A stretch of DNA of 64,000 nt from positions 384,001-448,000 of the forward strand of contig OZ244587.1 in the NCBI GenBank assembly GCA_965218095.1. The letters run 5' to 3'. The stretch comes from Candidatus Poribacteria bacterium (lineage in GTDB: Bacteria; Poribacteria; WGA-4E; PCPOR2b). Position numbers and translations under genes: made by a program. Positions within the stretch are counted from its first letter, which is position 1. Each line of letters starts with the position of its first letter. The notes under the pieces are model-generated. The model saw only the letters and a list, made by a program, of their open reading frames with translations. It made no database searches and had not been told where the DNA came from. Of the stretch, positions 19,446-28,582 are shown piece after piece.

Positions 19446-21035
19446 CTAAGTACTCGAATGTTCATAGGGCCCCAGATCTGCATCCTGACCCCGATGGAAA
19501 TGCTTACCCATCAGGTACTTGATCTCCAACTCGACATCGCGGATATAGATCTGAGGGATTACGTCCGGATCGCGTTGGAGCAGGGTCACTTCGAGTGTGT
19601 TCTTGCTACCTTGGGGCCAGTGATTTTCGTCCAGTCGGTAGATGAACCAGTAGCCCGATCCTGTGCGGTAGCACGGCGCACTCATCCGGTACATCTCGTT
19701 GAGTTTGCGCAGCAGTTCATCGGGTAGGTCTACCCCATTCAGCCGGAAGCGCAGGCGGTCAAGTTCAGTCGTGTTCATGATTCGAACGCGGAGGAGGACT
19801 TCGTGGATGCGACCCATCTGATGCCAGCGCGGCAGGTCATCGCTGATCTTAAACTGCACCTCAGTCGGCTGGTTTACTTCCAACGCGGCGGGTAACGTCA
19901 TGGCAATGCCGGGCTCCGTCACAGGCTTCGGATAGCGGCCCGTTTCCGTGGGTACATAGTAGAATTTGTCCTTGGTTGCCATGACATCTGGATGCGGCAG
20001 TTCGCGTAGCTTCTCATAGAAGTCCGCCTGATAGGGCCAGTTCCCGAACCAGTGCGCGAGGTAGAGACCATCAACGCCCTGTGCCCAGCAATTACAGGCT
20101 GTGGCACGAATCATTTCGATGGTGGCCTCTCCCAAACGGTCGGAGTCCACATGGCTCTGGATGGCAGCATGAACCCGGCAATTGGTCCCTTGAGCCGCCG
20201 ACACCAGTGGACTAAAATCAGTCATTGAATCCACCAACTCTGGCCCTGAGAACGTCTGACCGATGACGACATCCACGATGCCTTGCTGCATCCATTCGCG
20301 CACATCCATTCCCACCTTTAGACAGCCTTCGATGCTGGCTGGAATCCGGATTGCTAACTCGCGTTCAGCCCCACGCTGTTTCACTGCCTCGTAGACTCTC
20401 CGAATCCATGCGGTCATGATCTGACGCCCGGCTTCGACTTCGTCTGGGTGAAAGTAATACGGCAAGTAGTTGAGTTGCAATTCAAAGCCGTCAATCGGAT
20501 AGTTGTTCAAGGTCTCTTCGATGAGGGCGAACCGCTCTTCCCGCACCTCGTCGTGTTTGAAGTCGAGGCAGGTCAGGCCGGGGAAGTCAGCCTCCAGATC
20601 GCCGCGAGTGCCAATCTCCAGGTGCGGGTTGTCGAAACGGAAGTTGGAACAGCGAACGTCTTGGTCGCGGGGGCCACGTCCCTGCTGCACCAGAAGAGTG
20701 GGATAAATCAGCATCTCCTTGGCGTGGGCCCGGTCGCAAACAATACGTAAAGGGTCATTGCCCCTGTCAATTAACTGCCTAGCGTTTTGGTGAGCCCGGC
20801 GAAAGATTAGGTGGGGCCACTTTTCCACATTGTGACCCCACAGTTCGCCGACTTTCGTATCGTGCAGGACGGTGCGCCCGTCTCCCAGACAGAACATAAG
20901 CGCCTCCACGGGCGTGCCGACCAGCTCGTCGACCGCCGCCTCGAATTCCTCTTTCTGCATCAAAGGCTCGTACATGTAGATTAGCGGATGGCGTCCATCG
21001 TGGTAAAACATGATGCGTGGTTGTGACATGGTCAT
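19446..21035 (-). CDS. Putative glycoside hydrolase-like TIM-barrel protein (GHL10/DUF187-like)
   Basis: LDFKHDEVREERFALIEE-YPIDGFELQ, GVDGLY pattern. Confidence 0.55.
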   Translation of the reverse strand: MTMSQPRIMFYHDGRHPLIYMYEPLMQKEEFEAAVDELVGTPVEALMFCLGDGRTVLHDTKVGELWGHNVEKWPHLIFRRAHQNARQLIDRGNDPLRIVCDRAHAKEMLIYPTLLVQQGRGPRDQDVRCSNFRFDNPHLEIGTRGDLEADFPGLTCLDFKHDEVREERFALIEETLNNYPIDGFELQLNYLPYYFHPDEVEAGRQIMTAWIRRVYEAVKQRGAERELAIRIPASIEGCLKVGMDVREWMQQGIVDVVIGQTFSGPELVDSMTDFSPLVSAAQGTNCRVHAAIQSHVDSDRLGEATIEMIRATACNCWAQGVDGLYLAHWFGNWPYQADFYEKLRELPHPDVMATKDKFYYVPTETGRYPKPVTEPGIAMTLPAALEVNQPTEVQFKISDDLPRWHQMGRIHEVLLRVRIMNTTELDRLRFRLNGVDLPDELLRKLNEMYRMSAPCYRTGSGYWFIYRLDENHWPQGSKNTLEVTLLQRDPDVIPQIYIRDVELEIKYLMGKHFHRGQDADLGPYEHSST

Positions 21036-21182
21036 TTCCTTTCGAGATAAATTTTGGGTTGATTAAACCTTATTCAGGCGGCGGAAGAATACCGGGCAGG
21101 AAAGGCACACAGACAACAACGTGCTCCAGATGTGTTATTTTCATTTGTCTCCCCTTTTGCACAGTGACATCCATTGACGCCA

Positions 21183-22016
21183 TCACGACCAGACAAAAAT
21201 CTCCGGATCGTCTGGGGACATCGCAAGGAAGGTTGCCAGCACGGCACGCGGTTTATCGCCTATGACCGGAGGCACTTCATGAAGGTTTTCGGAGTAGAAG
21301 AAGTAGAGGTCGCCGGGCTCCAGTTGAACCTGAACGTGGGCGATGCCCTGCTCTGTGGCGTATTCCCGGAAGCGGCTTTTCTCACGGGCCTCCTGCACAG
21401 TGGATGACCATGTGCAGTTGTAGAGGAAGGGCTCTCCACTTTCGCCCACCTCATTGGAATTCTGGAAGCAGAGCACCCCGGCGAATTGATGCTGGAACCG
21501 CGAAACCGCATAATTGAACAACTTCGATTTCTTTGACGCGGAGTCATAGTGCGGACCATGTCCCAAGTCAGTGTGGTAGATGCGGAAGATAGCCGGTCCG
21601 TAAAGGCGTCCATCTGGCTCCCGCGCCGTCATCACCCGTTTGTCCGGCGCCAGATGTGATAGCGCCTCGTAAATGGTCTTCACCGGGTCGTCGTACCCGT
21701 CAAACAAGGTCTTGAAAAGTTCATGGGTTCCGGCGGCGTGGGCAAAGAACTTTGCCGGATCGGCATTATGGTGGCCCAAACTGGTACCGATGTCCACGCG
21801 GTGTGGTCTTCTGTCTCCGGCTTTGTGCGGATCATACATCAAGCCACGCTCGTGGAATCGTTGTATGAGTCCCGCGCAGTAGTCAGGATTGTAAGCCTTG
21901 CGCAGGACAATGGCGGGCATCTCACCTGCCGCTAGCGCCACGAGCGGCTGCGGATATTTTTTCAATATGCTAGTTAGGCTACCCTCAACGGGCGTCCATG
22001 TCTGGATTGTTGTCAT
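21183..22016 (-). CDS. 2OG-Fe(II) oxygenase superfamily-like protein
   Basis: HYD...PGDLYFF..LHEV...R facial triad pattern. Confidence 0.65.
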   Translation of the reverse strand: MTTIQTWTPVEGSLTSILKKYPQPLVALAAGEMPAIVLRKAYNPDYCAGLIQRFHERGLMYDPHKAGDRRPHRVDIGTSLGHHNADPAKFFAHAAGTHELFKTLFDGYDDPVKTIYEALSHLAPDKRVMTAREPDGRLYGPAIFRIYHTDLGHGPHYDSASKKSKLFNYAVSRFQHQFAGVLCFQNSNEVGESGEPFLYNCTWSSTVQEAREKSRFREYATEQGIAHVQVQLEPGDLYFFYSENLHEVPPVIGDKPRAVLATFLAMSPDDPEIFVWS

Positions 22017-22120
22017 GATTTGGTTGTTCCTCTAAAAGAATGTTCTCCTACATCCCAGGTAAGGCCGGAGGCGTCCTCAAGAGCTCCCGGCTCTGTTTCA
22101 TCCAAGTGTCATGTTCCGTA

Positions 22121-22249
22121 TTACCCGGCGGCATCCACCAGCGCGACCTTGAACGGCCGCCTGCGTAGACTTTCCTTGTACTATTGGGCTCACAGGTATG
22201 ACTCTACAATCGCTGTCGGCAGCATCATGTCCTTCGTAACCGTAAGCAT
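22121..22249 (-). pseudogene. N-terminal scar of cobalamin-independent methionine synthase-like gene
   Basis: MLTVTKDMMLPTAIVESYL*AQ*YKESLRRRPFKVAL resembles the LPT(T)xxGSYPRP N-terminus; two stops. Confidence 0.45.
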
Positions 22250-22512
22250 ACACTGTTCACCTCTACGATCCTTCTCGCTATCTCTTTTTGAGTAATCGCC
22301 ATTCCATGAGAATATAGATTTGTCTATATTGACCCCTGACAGAAGAAAAGATAAGCCGCCAAATCCATCATTTATGGGGAAGAATCGGTAATCTAAAATC
22401 TATCTAAATCTGCAATCAATTGACCTCCTGAACTCCGGCTATATGATACCACATTTTGGGGCTTACAGGACTAAAAACGTCATTTTTCAGGCAGCCTGAT
22501 AGGCACAAATGG

Positions 22513-22541
22513 TTGACTTTTTTTTCAAAGCTGACTATAAT
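22513..22541 (+). promoter_or_regulatory. Sigma70-type promoter for cupin gene
   Basis: TTGACT-17 bp-TATAAT. Confidence 0.65.
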
Positions 22542-22599
22542 CCCCATAGACACTCACCATCTCTATCAATGAGCAGTATACAGATTCGGAGGCGAAAAA

Positions 22600-23265
22600 A
22601 TGATAATCAAGAACAGCAACTACATGATCATTTCGCAGAACTCGAACAACATCTACTGGGAGCAAATCTATCCAGACTGGACGGCGCTCAGCGCGTTCCG
22701 CTATTTTCCAAACCAGAGGATAGGCACGGGCGTGGAGCCGCACTATCATGACAGTGACGAACTCTGGCTTTTCACTGCTGGACGTGGTGAGGTTTGGCTG
22801 GAAGGACAAAGTTTTGATGTCACCCCCAATACGATGGTCTACACCCCAATGGGTGCCGTTCATCGGTTTCAGATGTTCACTGACTATGAAACCAGCGCCA
22901 TCGTCACCCGCCTTGAGCGCCAGAAACGCCCCATACATATCTTAGTCGAGGAAGCGGGACCACCGGTTCCGACAGTTCCAGGATTTGTCGTCCCTGGCGC
23001 CGGCAACAACGGTCCCTTTCCGAGTCGCGGACCACGTTGCCCGTTGAGTGAGTGGCGGGTGATCACATTCGGCGCTGGCGAGGGAGTTGACGAAGCACGC
23101 CTTGCCTGCAACGAGCACTGGTTGGTTATCGGAGGGACCATCCATCTGACGGTTGACGGATTGGGGCTTGAGTTGTCGGGTGACGACTTAGCGTTGCTCA
23201 AAGCTGGGGGTGTAAGATGGATACAATCAGCTAAGGGTGCCCGCGTCGTTTTAGCTCGGGAGTAG
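22600..23265 (+). CDS. Cupin domain protein
   Basis: HYHDSDELW...PMGAVH cupin motif; GGAGG RBS. Confidence 0.8.
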   Translation: MIIKNSNYMIISQNSNNIYWEQIYPDWTALSAFRYFPNQRIGTGVEPHYHDSDELWLFTAGRGEVWLEGQSFDVTPNTMVYTPMGAVHRFQMFTDYETSAIVTRLERQKRPIHILVEEAGPPVPTVPGFVVPGAGNNGPFPSRGPRCPLSEWRVITFGAGEGVDEARLACNEHWLVIGGTIHLTVDGLGLELSGDDLALLKAGGVRWIQSAKGARVVLARE

Positions 23266-23275
23266 ACCGCCGATT

Positions 23276-23463
23276 CAAGGTATCTTAATCCGAAGCAGCG
23301 GCATCTAAAGGGTTTCTGTTTTAGATGCGGGATAAATCAGGAAGATATATGAAAGTCAGAGACATTGTCGAGCAAGGTCAACTGGTTGCTCAAATTGCTC
23401 AACCGGAATTGGAGGATCAGATTACAAAAGCTCAGGCTGAATTGGAAGAACTGACGGCACAGT
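23276..23463 (+). pseudogene. Fragment of HlyD-family membrane fusion protein (NHLP bacteriocin secretion-like)
   Basis: QGILIRSSGI*RVSVLDAG*IRKIY/MKVRDIVEQGQLVAQIAQPELEDQITKAQAELEEL. Confidence 0.55.
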
Positions 23464-23548
23464 GCGTGATGCGTGAAACGTAAAACGTGACATAATTCCT
23501 TCCTTCCTTCCCTTCATGCAATACCCATTACGCATCACGTTTCACGTT

Positions 23549-24496
23549 TCAGTACCATCTTGTCTTATCCACCACATTGATCAATGGCTCGCCTGCGACA
23601 AAACGCTTGAGATTTTCACAAAAGAGATCAAAGGTACGCCCCGGCGCTTTTGGGGATTGACCGGCATGATGGGGTGTGACGATCACGTTGTCCATCTCCC
23701 ACAGCAGGCTATCCTGCGGAAGCGGCTCTGGATCCAAAGCATCAAGCCCAGCGCCGGCGATCTCTTTTGCTTGCAGGGCTTCAACCAATGCGATTTGATC
23801 AACGATCCCCCCTCTGGCGATGTTGATCAGGAATGCCGTTGGCTTCATCGTATGAAATTCATTAGCCCCCATCATGCTCTCTGTCTCCGTCGTCAGCGGA
23901 CAACAGATGGCGACGAAATCAGATTGACCGAGCATATCGTGAAACCGATCGATTTTCCAGAGGGCTTCGACGTAATCCGGCTTATACGTCTGTGTCGGAT
24001 CGACGGCGAGGATGCGCATATCGAAAGCCGTGGCCCGTTTGGCGACCTGTAGACCGATGCTTCCGAGACCGAGGATGCCGAGTGTCTCTCCGGCAATCTC
24101 AAGGACCGGCAGATTCGCACGACTTTCCCAGACTTTGTCCATCTGCCGTTTGATGGTGATATGGATGGTTCGCGTGAAGGCGAGAATCAGCGCCATGACG
24201 TGCTCAGCGATGTTGATCGCGGTTTCCCCGCGCGCGTTTGTGAGGACAATGTCGCTGTTGACCAGTTCAGGAAATCTCATCCTTTCAACGCCAACGCCTC
24301 CGACCTGAATCCAACGGAGTCTTTCGGCGCGCTGGATCATTTCGGACGTTGGCCTTAGTCCAAGAAGCGCATCAGCGTCTTGGATCTCGTGTAGTAGTTC
24401 TTCATCCGTTGTCGCCCTCACGAAATTGACATCAGGAGCGATTGCACGGACAGTCTTCAGTTGCTCTTCGCTTAAACGATCTGTAATGATTTTCAT
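23549..24496 (-). CDS. D-2-hydroxyacid dehydrogenase
   Basis: GILGLGSIG, INIARG, GAGLDA, PEPLP, TPHHAG. Confidence 0.92.
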   Translation of the reverse strand: MKIITDRLSEEQLKTVRAIAPDVNFVRATTDEELLHEIQDADALLGLRPTSEMIQRAERLRWIQVGGVGVERMRFPELVNSDIVLTNARGETAINIAEHVMALILAFTRTIHITIKRQMDKVWESRANLPVLEIAGETLGILGLGSIGLQVAKRATAFDMRILAVDPTQTYKPDYVEALWKIDRFHDMLGQSDFVAICCPLTTETESMMGANEFHTMKPTAFLINIARGGIVDQIALVEALQAKEIAGAGLDALDPEPLPQDSLLWEMDNVIVTPHHAGQSPKAPGRTFDLFCENLKRFVAGEPLINVVDKTRWY

Positions 24497-24659
24497 GGGT
24501 TGTTCTTTCCTTTGTTAATTTGAGATTAGATCTACTGGTCCTGCGAAGCTTTTTCGACAGTAATTTTCCGCTTGAGTATTTCACATTTCACGCATCACAG
24601 CTTCGTTCCGAGATTCCGAGAATCGGGGTCAGCTACGCGAGACTAGGCTCTGCGCCGAT

Positions 24660-26216
24660 CTATCGGGGTTTTATGCTGCATGTCTCAATCGCTTTCGGGA
24701 CAGCATTCAATACATCCCCTGCCATCAGTCCATGCAGCCCGACCGATTCAACGGCGATGTCGCCTGCGAGCCCGTGCAGGTAAACGCCTAGCACCGCGGC
24801 GTCATAACTCGACAGTTTCTGCGCCATAAGTCCCGCAATGATTCCCGTCAGCACATCTCCCATGCCGCCGGTTGCCATGCCGGGATTCCCTGTTGAGTTT
24901 ATCCATACCTCCCCATTTCCGCCTGCGGTCACAGTCGGTGCGCCTTTGAGGACAAGCGTGATGTTGTGTGCCTGGACAAACCGCTGGGCAATCCCGATCC
25001 GGTCCCGCTCCAACTCCACGACGGTCCCACCGATGAGCCGCGTCATTTCACCCGGATGAGGCGTAAGCACGGTTTCAGGCGATAGCGATGAAAGGAGCGC
25101 TTTCGATTTTGAGAGGGCATTTAATCCATCGGCATCAATCACGGTTGGGCGCTCACTTTCACGGACTAAGCTGTCAACCAGGGCAACGGTTTCAGGTTGC
25201 TGTGACAGTCCGGGCCCAATAGCGAGAACGGAATTCGTTGGCTCAACGAAGTCGAGGATTTGCGACTTGGCATCGAGCGCCAATGCGCCTTCAGTTGTTT
25301 CGGGCAGGGGAAGCGTCATCACTTCGGTGAGCTTCATCTCCAGGATTGGGTTGAGGCTTTTCGGAATGCCGAGCGTTACCAGCCCTGCGCCAACACGCAA
25401 TGCCCCCTCACTTGTCAAAGCCGCAGCACCCGTCATACCGGTAGATGCAGCCACGACAAAAACACGTCCATACGTGCCTTTGTGGGAATGCGTATAACGA
25501 GGTGGTATCCATTGTGCCGCATCAGCTGGTTGCGTCCAGTTCACCTGAATATTTTGGGCGTCAATGACGCTCGGTGGGAAACCAATCTCAGCGACTTCGA
25601 GTTGTCCTGTGAGAGTTGCCCCCGGATGGATAAGCAATCCCCGCTTGGGAAGTCCCATGGTGACGGTGCAGGTGGCTTGAACGCATGCGCCCTCCGCCAT
25701 ACCGGTATCGGCTTCCAGACCAGAGGGGAGATCGATGGAGACAATCGGGCGCTCCGTTGCGTTGATATATTCAATGACGTCCGCAATATAGCCGCGCACA
25801 CCGCCCCGTAAGCCGGTCCCGAAAATAGAATCGACAATAAGATCGCACAACGCAATCTGGCTTTCTAATTGATCCAGATCCCCTTCCGAAAGGATTTGTA
25901 CGATCGGGAGATCAAGATTTCGCGCGATTTGTAGATTGGTTAACGCATCTCCGGTGAAGCCATCCGGCGGAGAAACAAGAAAGATTTGAACCGACTGACC
26001 GGCAAGCGCAAGCTGTCTTGCGACGACCAATCCATCGCCGCCGTTGTTTCCCTTGCCGACAACAATCCCGACCCGCTGACATCCGGGGAAGTGCCTGTGG
26101 ATGGCTCGGACGACGGCGCTTCCTGCGTTTTCCATCAGCACCACGCCAAGGATGCCAATCTCCTCAATTGTTTGTCGATCAATTTCGCGCATCTCTTGCG
26201 CAGTAACAACTTTCAT
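24660..26216 (-). CDS. nnr: Bifunctional NAD(P)H-hydrate epimerase/dehydratase
   Basis: LMENAG, GNNGGDG, DLPSG, HKGTYG, DADGLN, TPHPGE, GMGDVLTG. Confidence 0.95.
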   Translation of the reverse strand: MKVVTAQEMREIDRQTIEEIGILGVVLMENAGSAVVRAIHRHFPGCQRVGIVVGKGNNGGDGLVVARQLALAGQSVQIFLVSPPDGFTGDALTNLQIARNLDLPIVQILSEGDLDQLESQIALCDLIVDSIFGTGLRGGVRGYIADVIEYINATERPIVSIDLPSGLEADTGMAEGACVQATCTVTMGLPKRGLLIHPGATLTGQLEVAEIGFPPSVIDAQNIQVNWTQPADAAQWIPPRYTHSHKGTYGRVFVVAASTGMTGAAALTSEGALRVGAGLVTLGIPKSLNPILEMKLTEVMTLPLPETTEGALALDAKSQILDFVEPTNSVLAIGPGLSQQPETVALVDSLVRESERPTVIDADGLNALSKSKALLSSLSPETVLTPHPGEMTRLIGGTVVELERDRIGIAQRFVQAHNITLVLKGAPTVTAGGNGEVWINSTGNPGMATGGMGDVLTGIIAGLMAQKLSSYDAAVLGVYLHGLAGDIAVESVGLHGLMAGDVLNAVPKAIETCSIKPR

Positions 26217-26279
26217 CGTTTCTCCCCAATTTAGCCAATTCGTAAGCGTTCAGGGGTCGGGTGAACGCTTACGCCAATT

Positions 26280-27008
26280 CTACCTCGATCTCCACGCAAG
26301 TGCTAAAACATCCATCGTTATGGCGACAAGCCCGTGGATCGCCGCACCGTAGATAAAAGATCGTGTCTCAAGGGCAACAACACCAAGTAGCACGCCTGCA
26401 ACAATCGATCCCATCGCTTCCGCAAAAGGTTTTCTCCCGTGCATTACAGCGAACGGGAGGGTCTGAATGAGAATACTATAGGCGCCGAACCGTTTCTCCA
26501 GCCCAAACAGCATAAAGCCGCGAAAGAAAAACTCCCAGGAGAACATATAGATGCCATAAGCAATCTCATACGGGATGAAGACCTGCCAACTGCTCCCAGC
26601 AACCTTGCAAAGTGGGTATTGCTGCTGAAAAGCTGGGAAAAGCTGTAATGCCAAAAGCATCAGTAGGAGCATAAGTATCCAACCCCCGAAAACGAATCCC
26701 CATCCCAGCTTTCCGTGACTCAAACGGAAGCCGTAATCGCGAATCTTGTCCTTTACCCCGAACTTCATAACAAGGATCGGCAGCAGCAGCAGCGTAACTG
26801 CACTCGTCAAAAACCAGTAATAGTAAGGATAAATCTTCCTGAGTGGATGCGCAATAAAGCGTTTCCCAAAATGCTGACGGAAGAAACTTCTTCCACTGCC
26901 AAACCGATAGAGTGTCAACAGTACAGACGAGCCGATCAAGATGATTGTGGTTCGCCGATCCAGTCCGTGCAGGTATTTTCGCTTCTTTTCTTGTATCCAC
27001 GTAATCAC
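26280..27008 (-). CDS. CPBP family intramembrane metalloprotease
   Basis: WEFFFRG, FAVMH, H motifs in TM helices. Confidence 0.85.
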   Translation of the reverse strand: MITWIQEKKRKYLHGLDRRTTIILIGSSVLLTLYRFGSGRSFFRQHFGKRFIAHPLRKIYPYYYWFLTSAVTLLLLPILVMKFGVKDKIRDYGFRLSHGKLGWGFVFGGWILMLLLMLLALQLFPAFQQQYPLCKVAGSSWQVFIPYEIAYGIYMFSWEFFFRGFMLFGLEKRFGAYSILIQTLPFAVMHGRKPFAEAMGSIVAGVLLGVVALETRSFIYGAAIHGLVAITMDVLALAWRSR

Positions 27009-27165
27009 GGGTTTTCCTTGCTTTTCCTCACTGACCTTTTCCTCTTAACTATCCCTGTCGCTTTTGAGGATTTAGGCGTTGGCACAAAAGGACAATCAGT
27101 ATGGCGGAGCCTATAATTGGCAGAAGCCACTTTACCTGGGTATTGCACACCTTCATAGAATCCTT

Positions 27166-27275
27166 CTACCTGATAATATCGCAATTCGGCAATGCACTCT
27201 TCAAGTCAACTTCCCCCTCGTTACTAATCTTTGTGCTCTGGAGATCTAGCTTCTGAAGCGAAGTGAATCCCTTTT
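27166..27275 (-). pseudogene. C-terminal scar of leucine-rich-repeat protein
   Basis: RGFTSLQKLDLQSTKISNEGEVDLKSALPNCDIIR* matches an LRR unit plus typical ALPNC cap. Confidence 0.55.
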
Positions 27276-27554
27276 ACTGACCTGAAGCACCAGTGCTTTC
27301 CCGTCTGGAATGGCAACATGACCTCGCGCATCCCCGTCATCAGAGACTTCCGAAGTCTCATCACTCTCTCAATTGCGTAAGTCCTGAATAGATAGAAATT
27401 TGCGGTTAGTATAGCATATCACGTAGAGGCTTTCAATAGGAGTTCATTGCCTTTCGCATAACTTTGTGCGATCTGAAGGAAAGATTTCCCGTCATATTGG
27501 AATTGATTATCTTGACGCCGTGTGATATACTGACCTTTGTTTTATACCAATTTC

Positions 27555-27643
27555 GCTCATGTTAAGAAATCGTGCAAAGAAACCGAGTTTCTCAGAGAAA
27601 TTCGGTTTCTCTTGGCGACTTTGCACTTCTTTTTGACATGAGC
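27555..27643. mobile_element. MITE-like palindromic element family B (copy 1)
   Basis: TIR gctcatgttaagaa...ttctttttgacatgagc with internal agaaaccgagttt...aaattcggtttct hairpin; other copies at 35581 and 51180. Confidence 0.75.
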
Positions 27644-27670
27644 CACCTTTTCTCACAACGCCTGAATCTA

Positions 27671-28222
27671 ATGACAAGAAAAGCACTTTTCGCTAGCCGA
27701 CTCATAACACTGATTGGTCTGATGCTCCTGGCTCATTTCGCTCACTCCCATGATGCGTTCTTGCCGCATCATCGTGAAGATTTTGACGCAATGACGCGCC
27801 GACAGGAGTTGCAGACCACTGTGCTGATCATTACGACCGGGTTCATCGCCGTGTCGGCTGCGGTTTTCTATGTCGCTTCGCGAGGTGGTAGAAAGGGAAA
27901 TCAAGAAGTCCATGATACAGAACAAACACGCTTAGAACGCGCAACAAAGGGAGCGGCGCAAGCGGCATACGCTGTCCTCCTCGATTAGGGAACTCCTGAT
28001 GAGACAATCCGTGCAGCCCTCGCAGCTTACGCCCATGCTTCCGGCGTTGCATGGAATCAGAATTCTGTTGTGGTGAGCGGGGAAGCCATCCGCTGTAAAA
28101 TTGGGTCGGATGTGGTCGTCGTCAAAATCTTTAATCCGCTAGGCAAATGTGAGATCGAAGTCAGCGCCTCTTGTGATGAGACAAACGCGAAATCCGTACT
28201 GGAAGTATCAAGCGCTCTTTGA
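27671..28222 (+). pseudogene. Membrane/secreted hypothetical protein interrupted by TAG at 27986-27988
   Basis: Signal-like N-terminus and TM; frame stays open for 77 more protein-like codons after the TAG. Confidence 0.5.
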
Positions 28223-28582
28223 TCGGGGTTGGTCGTCAGATTTGATTTGTCCGATGAGGATTTATTCTTCACCCCATTCAGCAGGGCGATGAGAATAATG
28301 TCCGTCCCAGTGTTTTCATGAACCTTTTGAGCTTTTAGATCTCATCACAGATGCAATTCAGTAAAACGAAGGAAACGAATATAAAATCGTGGAGACTAGC
28401 TTAGATAAAACCTTGCGAAGGTTTAGAATCTTCGCAAGGTTGGATACCTGCGGTTTCTTATCCCAAAGCAGGTCGTCAGCGGGTGAGAGGCGATCATCGA
28501 ATCGGGAGTGTATCGTGGGAGGGTTGCTTCAAACTGAAAACATGAATCGTCAAGGATTTCATTTTACCAGAAGGAAAGGATT

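Noticed and set aside
7242-27988. Genome-wide TAG-to-Gln recoding
   Set aside because: TAG ends many genes at their natural C-terminus (5172 RKMILQK*, 47062 RKMLIAK*, 51741, 57803), so it is a normal stop here
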